DNA of 25,385 nucleotides from a virus (Duplodnaviria; Heunggongvirae; Uroviricota; Caudoviricetes): IMG/VR virus record IMGVR_UViG_2657245081_000005; one strand, 5' to 3'. Shown piece by piece: positions 18,141 to 25,385 of this stretch (position 1 is its first letter; each line of letters starts with the position of its first letter). The notes under the pieces were generated by a model. It saw only the letters and a program-made list of their open reading frames with translations, ran no database searches and was not told where the DNA came from. The position numbers and the translations under genes were made by a program.

Positions 18141-18302
18141 CGGCGGCTGCAGGTGCAGAGTGATTTGCCGTGGTTGCTGGTCTGCCGGGGGGCGATTCAT
18201 AAGTTCCGCTGTGTGCCGCATCTCACCGGGCGGCGCTTTGAGCACGGGGTGACGGACTGTTACACGCTGTTCCGGGATGCTTATCATCTGGCGGGGATTG
18301 AG
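18141..18302 (+). CDS. K: Lambdoid tail assembly protein K (NlpC/P60-like), internal fragment
   Basis: RRLQVQSDLPWLLVCRGAIHKFRCVPHLTGRRFEHGVTDCYTLFRDAYHLAGIE. Confidence 0.8.
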
Positions 18303-18312
18303 NNNNNNNNNN

Positions 18313-18859
18313 CTTCGTGGTCGCGGTGGATGCAGAAGTGGCTGCTGATAGTTGTGATGCTGCGGCATTCGTTTCTGACGTTTTCGCCGCACCGGCACTG
18401 GTGGCTGCCGCGCTTTTTGAGGACTCTGCAGCGGCAGCACTTTTTAATGCTTCAGTGGCCTTTGTTGATGCCGTTCCTGCGCTGGAAGATGCTGACTGAG
18501 CAGATGATGCAGCCTGTCCGGCTGACGTGCTGGCGGCACGTGCTGAGCCTGCAGCATCGGTTGCATGGGTTGCCGCCTCACGGGCAGATGTGCCGGCATC
18601 GCTGGCTGACTTCTTTGCGGCTGCCGTGTTCTGTGCCACTGCGGACGCGTTATGCGCCACCTCTTCCACCATCAGTTCAAAGCGGCGCAGTGCCTCCGGA
18701 CGGGCATCATCCTCCGTCATGGCACCAAGAAAATCATTCAGCGTACCGGGTTGAGAATCTTCATACACGGTGATGGTCCCGGCATGTGACGGCGGGAATC
18801 CTTCCACCAACAGAATAACGCTGTACTGACCGTACTCAACGTCCATGCTGTAACGCCCG
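18313..18859 (-). CDS. stf: Lambdoid side tail fibre protein (Stf-like), N-terminal region fragment
   Basis: Minus-strand ...GRYSMDVEYGQYSVILLVEGFPPSHAGTITVYEDSQPGTLNDFLGAMTEDDARPEALRRFELMVEEVAHNASAVAQNTAAAKKSA... then Ala/Ser/Thr-rich repeats. Confidence 0.75.
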
Positions 18860-18869
18860 NNNNNNNNNN

Positions 18870-19239
18870 TCTGGACCGCCACCTGCATGAGCCCGGCGTA
18901 GCCTTCACCTCTACCCACGCCGTACGTGAATGGCTGCGACTGCATATGGCCGCGCTTGAGCGGGAAGAGTTCCGGGTGTTGTATCTGGACAACCAGAATC
19001 AGTTGATTGCCCATGAAACGCTCTTCACCGGCACGATTAACCGCACCGAGGTGCATCCCCGGGAGGTGGTCAAACGTGCTCTGCACTTCAACGCGGCGGC
19101 GGTGATACTCGCGCATAACCATCCTTCCGGCGAGACGACACCTAGCCAGGCCGACAAAACCCTCACGCAGCGACTGGTTCAGGTGCTTCAGCTGGTGGAT
19201 ATCCGTGTCCCTGACCATCTGATTGTCGGTGGCAGGCAA
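18870..19239 (+). CDS. RadC-like JAB-domain protein of CP4-type islands (YeeS/YfjY/YkfG family), internal fragment
   Basis: ...HMAALEREEFRVLYLDNQNQLIAHETLFTGTINRTEVHPREVVKRALHFNAAAVILAHNHPSGETTPSQADKTLTQRLVQVLQLVDIRVPDHLIVGG... Confidence 0.75.
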
Positions 19240-19249
19240 NNNNNNNNNN

Positions 19250-19463
19250 TTAATGCCTCCTCCTTGAGCATCGGGAGAAATAATGAAAGCGTGTCCCTTG
19301 ACACGAATACAAAATTTTCAACACACTTATCTACTCGAATTTGGCTTGCATCCGCAAAAACCAGGTCACCGCCATTAAAATAGCGATATTCACCATTAAC
19401 CATGGTGAGAATATATTTATGTCTTGCATACGCAATTAGACAATTCCCATGTAGTGATTGCAT
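19250..19463 (-). CDS. gadX: AraC-family acid-resistance regulator GadX, N-terminal 71 aa (3' end lost at N-run)
   Basis: MQSLHGNCLIAYARHKYILTMVNGEYRYFNGGDLVFADASQIRVDKCVENFVFVSRDTLSLFLPMLKEEAL...; lies downstream of a glutamate decarboxylase 3' end, as in gadA-gadX. Confidence 0.6.
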
Positions 19464-19775
19464 AGTTGACTTAATATTACATAAACATATTACTGTTTAT
19501 TAATGTAGCACGCCGCCCTCTTAAGTCAAATTGATTGATAAATAAATTTAAACGAAGCGGGAGAACAGGATGATAATGTGTGATGTTCTACGGGCAGGAT
19601 GACTGGATTTATAATACAAAAACGTGTTTAAGAACGCAGGGAAATTAATAGTAAGCAAATAATCCCTTTTCGTGACATTAAAGGTAATCGCTACATTTAA
19701 TAAACATTCATATAACATATATCTTATCAACACGATGAATAGACGGCCAATATATTATTGCGATTAATAAGCAAC

Positions 19776-19818
19776 CGAATGCCCAGCTGTTTTTTTAAAG
19801 GCTGGGCATTCGGTTTTT
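19776..19818. terminator. Strong hairpin (13-bp stem) with T-run just downstream of the gadA stop
   Basis: CCGAATGCCCAGC-N12-GCTGGGCATTCGG TTTTT. Confidence 0.5.
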
Positions 19819-19832
19819 ACAACGTTATGTTA

Positions 19833-19966
19833 TCAGGTGTGTTTAAAGCTGTTCTGCTGGGCAATACCCTGCAGTTTCGGGTGATCGCTGAGATATTTCA
19901 GGGAGGCTTTGTAGTCTTCCAGCAACAGTTCAGCAAAGTCCATTTCGAAGCCGCGACGACACATAN
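19833..19966 (-). CDS. gadA: Glutamate decarboxylase, C-terminal fragment (GadA inferred from adjacent gadX)
   Basis: Minus-strand ...[41 protein letters not shown]. Confidence 0.6.
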
Positions 19967-20042
19967 NNNNNNNNNCGTTCGTGTCCGTAAAACTGGCGTA
20001 ATCATGGCCCTTCGGGGCCATTTTCTCTCTGTGGAGGAGTCC

Positions 20043-20438
20043 ATGACGAAAGATGAACTGATTGCCCGTCTTCAGGTGCTGGGTGAGCAACTGAACCGTG
20101 ATGTCAGCCTGACGGGGACGAAAGAAGAACTGGCACTCCGTGTGGCAGAGCTGGAAGAGGAGCTTGATGACACGGATGACGCTGCCGGTCAGGACACATC
20201 TGTCAGCCCGGAAAATGCGCTGACCGGACATGAAAATGAGGTTGTATCAGCGCAGCCGGATACCGTGATTGATACGGCTGATCTGGTCACGGTTGTGGCA
20301 CTGGTGACGCTGCATACTGATGCACTTCACGCCACGCGGGATGAGGCTGTGGCATTTGTGCTGCCGGGAACGGCGTTTCGTGTCTCTGCCGGTGTGGCAG
20401 CCGAAATGACAGAACATGGCCTGGCCAGAATGCAATAA
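20043..20438 (+). CDS. FI: Lambdoid DNA-packaging protein FI
   Basis: MTKDELIARLQVLGEQLNRDVSLTGTKEELALRVAELEEELDDTDDAAGQDT...VAFVLPGTAFRVSAGVAAEMTEHGLARMQ*; preceded at 19977-20001 by the last codons of E. Confidence 0.85.
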   Translation: MTKDELIARLQVLGEQLNRDVSLTGTKEELALRVAELEEELDDTDDAAGQDTSVSPENALTGHENEVVSAQPDTVIDTADLVTVVALVTLHTDALHATRDEAVAFVLPGTAFRVSAGVAAEMTEHGLARMQ

Positions 20439-20449
20439 CGGGAGGCGCT

Positions 20450-20803
20450 GTGGCTGATTCCGATAACCTGTTCGATGCTGCCATTGCCCGCGCCGATGAA
20501 ACGATACGCGGGTACATGGGAACGTCAGCCACCATGACATCCGGTGAGCTGTCCGGTGCTGTGATACGTGGTGTTTTTGATGACCCTGAAAATATCAGCT
20601 ATGCCGGACAGGGGGTGCGCGTTGAAGGCTCCAGCCCGTCCCTGTTTGTCCAGACTGATGATGTGCGGCAGCTGCGGCGTGGAGACACACTGACCATCGG
20701 CGAGGAAAACTTCTGGGTGGACCGGATTTCGCCGGATGATGGCGGAAGCTGTCATCTCTGGCTTGGGCGGGGCGTACCGCCTGCCGTTAACCGTCGCCGC
20801 TGA
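20450..20803 (+). CDS. FII: Lambdoid head-tail joining protein FII
   Basis: MADSDNLFDAAIARADETIRGYMGTSATMTSGELSGAVIRGVFDDPENISYAGQGVRVEGSSPSLFVQTDDVRQLRRGDTLTIGEENFWVDRISPDDGGSCHLWLGRGVPPAVNRRR*. Confidence 0.85.
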   Translation: MADSDNLFDAAIARADETIRGYMGTSATMTSGELSGAVIRGVFDDPENISYAGQGVRVEGSSPSLFVQTDDVRQLRRGDTLTIGEENFWVDRISPDDGGSCHLWLGRGVPPAVNRRR

Positions 20804-20814
20804 AAGGGGGATGT

Positions 20815-21393
20815 ATGGCCATAAAAGGTCTTGAGCAGGCCGTTGAAAACCTCAGCCGTATCAGCAGAACGGCGGTGCCCGGTGCCGCCGCAATGGCCAT
20901 TAACCGCGTTGCTTCATCCGCGATATCGCAGTCGGCGTCACAGGTTGCCCGTGAGACAAAGGTACGCCGGAAACTGGTAAAGGAAAGGGCCAGGCTGAAA
21001 AGGGCCACGGTCAAAAATCCGCAGGCCAGAATCAAGGTTAACCGGGGGGATTTGCCCGTAATAAAGCTGGGTAACGCGCGGATTGTCCTGTCCCGACGCA
21101 GGCGTCGTAAAAAGGGGCAGCGTTCAGCCCTGAAAGGTGGCGGCAGCGTGCTTGTGGTGGGAAACCGTCGTATTCCCGGCGCGTTTATTCAGCAACTGAA
21201 AAATGGCCGCTGGCATGTCATGCAGCGTGTGGCCGGGAAAAACCGTTACCCCATTGATGTGGTGAAAATCCCGATGGCGGTGCCGCTGACCACGGCGTTT
21301 AAACAGAATATTGAGCGGATACGGCGTGAGCGTCTTCCGAAAGAGCTGGGCTATGCGCTGCAGCATCAACTGAGGATGGTAATAAAGCGATGA
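20815..21393 (+). CDS. Z: Lambdoid tail component Z
   Basis: MAIKGLEQAVENLSRISRTAVPGAAAMAINRVASSAISQSASQVARETKVRRKLVKERARLKRATVKNPQARIKVNRGDLPVIKLGNARIVLSRRRRRKKGQRS... Confidence 0.85.
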   Translation: MAIKGLEQAVENLSRISRTAVPGAAAMAINRVASSAISQSASQVARETKVRRKLVKERARLKRATVKNPQARIKVNRGDLPVIKLGNARIVLSRRRRRKKGQRSALKGGGSVLVVGNRRIPGAFIQQLKNGRWHVMQRVAGKNRYPIDVVKIPMAVPLTTAFKQNIERIRRERLPKELGYALQHQLRMVIKR

Positions 21394-21641
21394 AACATAC
21401 TGAACTCCGTGCAGCCGTACTGGATGCACTGGAGAAGCATGACACCGGGGCGACGCTTTTTGATGGTCGCCCCGCTGTTTTTGATGAGGAAGATTTTCCG
21501 GCAATTGCCGTTTATCTCACCGGCGCTGAATACACGGGCGAAGAGCTGGACAGCGATACCTGGCAGGCGGAGCTGCATATTGAAGTTTTCCTGCCTGCTC
21601 AGGTGCCGGATTCAGAGCTGGATTCGTGGATGGAGTCCCGG
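21390..21641 (+). CDS. U: Lambdoid tail terminator U, 5' part (third copy)
   Basis: [84 protein letters not shown]...; ATGA overlap with Z. Confidence 0.85.
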
Positions 21642-21651
21642 NNNNNNNNNN

Positions 21652-21837
21652 GCCTTTTGTTTGCCCGTGCTGTCGCAGATAAAATCCTTCAAGCTCACGG
21701 GCAATAGCGGTTTCAATTTCATCCAGAGTCAGCTGCAGGTGGCGGTTTTGCTGATGGCAGGCACTCAGCCATGCGCAGGCTACCGCGCGGCGATACAACG
21801 CTACCCGAAGTGAAAGGGAAAGAGTGCGTGATTTCAT
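21652..21837 (-). CDS. Hypothetical island protein, 5' part (copy 2 of 10249-10434)
   Basis: [62 protein letters not shown]...; two amino-acid differences from copy 1. Confidence 0.4.
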
Positions 21838-21899
21838 TGCACCACCTCCATGTTCATCAGGTCATCCTGGCAACGCTGTACCACGCCATCAAGCTGCTC
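21834..21899 (-). CDS. 3' end of the hypothetical protein (copy 2 of 10431-10496)
   Basis: Minus-strand frame open from the N-run to the stop at 21834-21836, overlapping the next start; nucleotide sequence near-identical to 10431-10496. Confidence 0.4.
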   Translation of the reverse strand, partial: EQLDGVVQRCQDDLMNMEVVQ

Positions 21900-21909
21900 N
21901 NNNNNNNNN

Positions 21910-22134
21910 CATTCCGAGCTGGAGACAGCGGTGAAAGACCTGGGCAAAGCGGTGTCCTATAAGGGAATGTATGGCGATGTGGCCATCGTCGTGTATTCCG
22001 GACAGTACGTGGAAAACGGCGTCAAAAAGAACTTCCTGCCGGACAACACGATGGTGCTGGGGAACACTCAGGCTCGCGGTCTGCGCACCTATGGCTGCAT
22101 TCAGGATGCGGACGCACAGCGCGAAGGCATTAAC
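21910..22134 (+). CDS. E: Lambdoid major capsid protein E, C-terminal region fragment
   Basis: ...SELETAVKDLGKAVSYKGMYGDVAIVVYSGQYVENGVKKNFLPDNTMVLGNTQARGLRTYGCIQDADAQREGIN. Confidence 0.85.
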
Positions 22135-22144
22135 NNNNNNNNNN

Positions 22145-22429
22145 TAGATCTTCCGCCATCCCGGTGACCATACCGTACAGGTTAGAAACCATCAGCGTGG
22201 GGCGCGTACTGGTGCCTTTGCCATTCAGTTCAAAACCACTCCCCTGAATGGGATACGCCTGATACTGTCGCCCCTGCCAGGTGACCGGCTCACCTTTTTC
22301 GTTCTGCTCATTACAGAAAAAATAACGTTCTCCACCGACCTCTGTCAGATCGATTTCCCAGAGCACCACGCTGGCCGACTGCTCCGCACGGGTGCATTCA
22401 TTCAGTGTTTCCTGCCGGATATCCTGCAT
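22145..22429 (-). CDS. L: Lambdoid minor tail protein L, N-terminal part
   Basis: MQDIRQETLNECTRAEQSASVVLWEIDLTEVGGERYFFCNEQNEKGEPVTWQGRQYQAYPIQGSGFELNGKGTSTRPTLMVSNLYGMVTGMAEDL... Confidence 0.85.
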
Positions 22430-22758
22430 CAGTTCACCACCTGTTCAAACTCTGCGCTGAACTCAACACGCAACATACTGACCCGCGACGACCATTTTGC
22501 GCAGGTCACCTTTATCTGCCGCCACTCATAAGGCGGCGTCCACAGAAAGGATTTCCAGCCCCCGTGCTCTTCCAGAAACGACTCCAGTACCGTGGCCTCC
22601 TCACGGGGGACAGAAAGCGTCACGCTGTACGTTTTCAGGTTGGCATTCAGCCCGGCAGGCGCTCGCTGGGAATAGCCATCACCAAAGCGCACCTTTCTTA
22701 CAGAAGGGACCGAAGCCACATCCATACCGGGTTTCACTTTCCAGCGGAAGGTTTTCAT
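22429..22758 (-). CDS. M: Lambdoid minor tail protein M
   Basis: MKTFRWKVKPGMDVASVPSVRKVRFGDGYSQRAPAGLNANLKTYSVTLSVPREEATVLESFLEEHGGWKSFLWTPPYEWRQIKVTCAKWSSRVSMLRVEFSAEFEQVVN*. Confidence 0.9.
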   Translation of the reverse strand: MKTFRWKVKPGMDVASVPSVRKVRFGDGYSQRAPAGLNANLKTYSVTLSVPREEATVLESFLEEHGGWKSFLWTPPYEWRQIKVTCAKWSSRVSMLRVEFSAEFEQVVN

Positions 22759-23076
22759 CGTCCACCTCCGGAGAACAGACCACCATCGCGCATCTGTGCC
22801 TGGATTTCATCACGGGCACCCTTGCGGGCCATGTCATACACCGCCTTCATCATCTGTGGACCTGGCAGACCATTCGTACCGTCGTTCTGAATCACCACGT
22901 GATTGTTCTGATTAAAATTAATGCCTTCAGCCCGCCGCATCTGCGCCGGACTTCCGGCACCGCCCACATAACCACCTTCCGCATAGCCCCGCATCAGGCG
23001 GTACAGGTTGCCGACACCAATCCGGCTGGTTGCCTCCTTCGTGAAGACAAATTCACCACGGTGAACAATCCCCGCT
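22755..23076 (-). CDS. H: Lambdoid tail tape-measure protein H, C-terminal fragment
   Basis: ...AGIVHRGEFVFTKEATSRIGVGNLYRLMRGYAEGGYVGGAGSPAQMRRAEGINFNQNNHVVIQNDGTNGLPGPQMMKAVYDMARKGARDEIQAQMRDGGLFSGGGR*. Confidence 0.85.
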
Positions 23077-23086
23077 NNNNNNNNNN

Positions 23087-23369
23087 CAACGGTAATAACG
23101 GAAAAGTTATTCAGGACGGCGATCTGGATGTCAGCGGCGGCGGTCACGGGATTGATATCACCGGCGACAGTGCGACGGTGGATAACAAGGGCACCATGAC
23201 CGTCACCGATCCGGAGTCCATGGGTATCCAGATCGACGGTGACAAGGCGGTTGTTAACAACGAAGACGACAGTTCCATCACCAACGGCGGCACCGGCACC
23301 CAGATTAATGGTGATGACGCCACGGCAAACAACAACGGCAAAACCACCGTTGACGGCAAGGATTCCACC
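23087..23369 (+). CDS. Repetitive Gly/Asp/Asn/Thr-rich beta-helix-like fragment, possibly an autotransporter or adhesin passenger domain
   Basis: ...NGNNGKVIQDGDLDVSGGGHGIDITGDSATVDNKGTMTVTDPESMGIQIDGDKAVVNNEDDSSITNGGTGTQINGDDATANNNGKTTVDGKDST; strand choice uncertain. Confidence 0.3.
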
Positions 23370-23379
23370 NNNNNNNNNN

Positions 23380-23488
23380 ATACCTCTCTCGTTTGCTCAG
23401 TTGTTCAGGAATATGGTGCAGCAGCTCGCCGTCACCACAGTAAATGGCGGCATGATTCGGCACCGATGAACCAAAACAGCACAGCAGC
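23380..23488 (-). CDS. K: Lambdoid tail assembly protein K, short fragment
   Basis: Minus-strand LLCCFGSSVPNHAAIYCGDGELLHHIPEQLSKRERY. Confidence 0.75.
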
Positions 23489-23498
23489 NNNNNNNNNN

Positions 23499-23660
23499 TA
23501 CGCCGCATCCGGCAGTCGTGCGCAGATGCCTGATGCGACGCTAACGCGTCTTATCAGGCCTACAAATTCTCGCGCCACCCGTAGGCCGGATAAGGCGTTC
23601 ACGCCGCATCCGGCAGTCGTGCGCAGATGCCTGATGCGACGCTAACGCGTCTTATCAGGC
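23499..23660. repeat. REP/BIME cluster (repetitive extragenic palindromes)
   Basis: An about 60-bp unit CGCCGCATCCGGCAGTCGTGCGCAGATGCCTGATGCGACGCTAACGCGTCTTATCAGGC occurs twice, separated by a GTAGGCCGGATAAGGCGTTCA REP-like palindrome. Confidence 0.8.
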
Positions 23661-23670
23661 NNNNNNNNNN

Positions 23671-23809
<139 letters not shown>

Positions 23810-23841
23810 NNNNNNNNNNAAATCAGCCACAGCGCCTCCCG

Positions 23842-24240
23842 TTATTGCATTCTGGCCAGGCCGCGCTCTGTCATTTCGGCTGCCACACCGGCAGAGACAC
23901 GAAACGCCGTTCCCGGCAGCACAAATGCCACAGGTTTATCCCGCGTGGCGTGAAGTGCATCAGTATGCAGCGTCACCAGTGCCACGACCGTGACCAGTTC
24001 AGCCGTATCCTGAATCACGGTATCCGGCTGCGCTGATACCACCTCATTTTCATGCCCGGTCAGCACATTTTCCCGGCTGAGAGGGGTGTCCTGACCGGCA
24101 GTTTCATCCGTGTCATCAAGCTCTTCTTCCAGCTCTGCCACACGAAGCGCCAGTTCTTCTTTCGTTCCCGTCAAACTGACATCGCGGTTCAGTTGCTCAC
24201 CCAGCTCCTGAAGACGGGCAATCAGTTCATCTTTCGTCAT
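23842..24240 (-). CDS. FI: Lambdoid DNA-packaging protein FI (second, diverged copy)
   Basis: MTKDELIARLQELGEQLNRDVSLTGTKEELALRVAELEEELDDTDETAGQDTPLSRENVLTGHENEVVSAQPDTVIQDTAELVTVVALVTLHTDALHATRDKPVAFVLPGTAFRVSAGVAAEMTERGLARMQ*. Confidence 0.85.
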   Translation of the reverse strand: MTKDELIARLQELGEQLNRDVSLTGTKEELALRVAELEEELDDTDETAGQDTPLSRENVLTGHENEVVSAQPDTVIQDTAELVTVVALVTLHTDALHATRDKPVAFVLPGTAFRVSAGVAAEMTERGLARMQ

Positions 24241-24281
24241 GAACTCCTCCACAGAGAGAAAATGGCCCCGAAGGGCCATGA

Positions 24282-24695
24282 TTACGCCAGTTGAACGGAC
24301 ACGAACTCATCAGGGTCAGCCAGCAGCATCAGCGGTGCTGACTGAATCATGGTGAACTCACGCGCCGGATCGCCGGTGGTCACCCAGTTTTTCGGGTAAC
24401 GGGCAGAGGCGTTAATGCCTTCGCGCTGTGCGTCCGCATCCTGAATGCAGCCATAGGTGCGCAGACCGCGTGCCTGAGTGTTCCCCAGCACCATCGTGTT
24501 GTCCGGAAGGAAGTTCTTTTTGACGTCGTTTTCCACGTACTGTCCGGAATACACGACGATCGCCGTATCGCCATACATCCCCTTATAGGACACCGCTTCG
24601 CCCAGGTCTTTTACCGCTGTCTCCAGCTCGGAATTAGAGCCGCGACGGGTATCCAGCTTCTCCTTGACGGCTTTGAAGGAACGGAACAGCGCCCA
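24282..24695 (-). CDS. E: Lambdoid major capsid protein E, C-terminal part
   Basis: ...WALFRSFKAVKEKLDTRRGSNSELETAVKDLGEAVSYKGMYGDTAIVVYSGQYVENDVKKNFLPDNTMVLGNTQARGLRTYGCIQDADAQREGINASARYPKNWVTTGDPAREFTMIQSAPLMLLADPDEFVSVQLA*. Confidence 0.85.
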   Translation of the reverse strand, partial: WALFRSFKAVKEKLDTRRGSNSELETAVKDLGEAVSYKGMYGDTAIVVYSGQYVENDVKKNFLPDNTMVLGNTQARGLRTYGCIQDADAQREGINASARYPKNWVTTGDPAREFTMIQSAPLMLLADPDEFVSVQLA

Positions 24696-24705
24696 NNNNN
24701 NNNNN

Positions 24706-25385
<680 letters not shown>

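Overview
This window is not one contiguous locus. It is 50 sequence blocks (59 bp to 4.8 kb) joined by 49 runs of exactly 10 N, so gene order across N-runs cannot be trusted and ORFs in the supplied track that read through Ns are artefacts. The content looks like Escherichia coli (or Shigella), judged from recognisable nhaA-nhaR, corA, gadA-gadX, rrn spacer tRNA-Glu, tRNA-Val and metT-leuW-glnU clusters and REP elements; all homology calls are from translated ORFs compared with remembered protein families, with no database search. Most blocks are multi-copy sequence: many fragments of lambdoid prophage structural genes (W, B, C, D, E, FI, FII, Z, U, V, G, H, M, L, K, J, stf) present as several diverged copies, IS3-family and ISAs1 (H-repeat) transposase pieces, and two Rhs C-terminal toxin tips with downstream immunity-like genes. 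The longest single-copy block (13189-17945) carries a fimbrial usher plus adhesin next to nhaR-nhaA. The most interesting items are: an Rhs tip encoding a cysteine-rich toxin domain with a small membrane immunity protein; a fimbrial adhesin split into two ORFs exactly at a 7-bp tandem repeat; and a promoter-to-terminator unit of about 80 nt that looks like an unannotated small RNA. No CRISPR array was seen.
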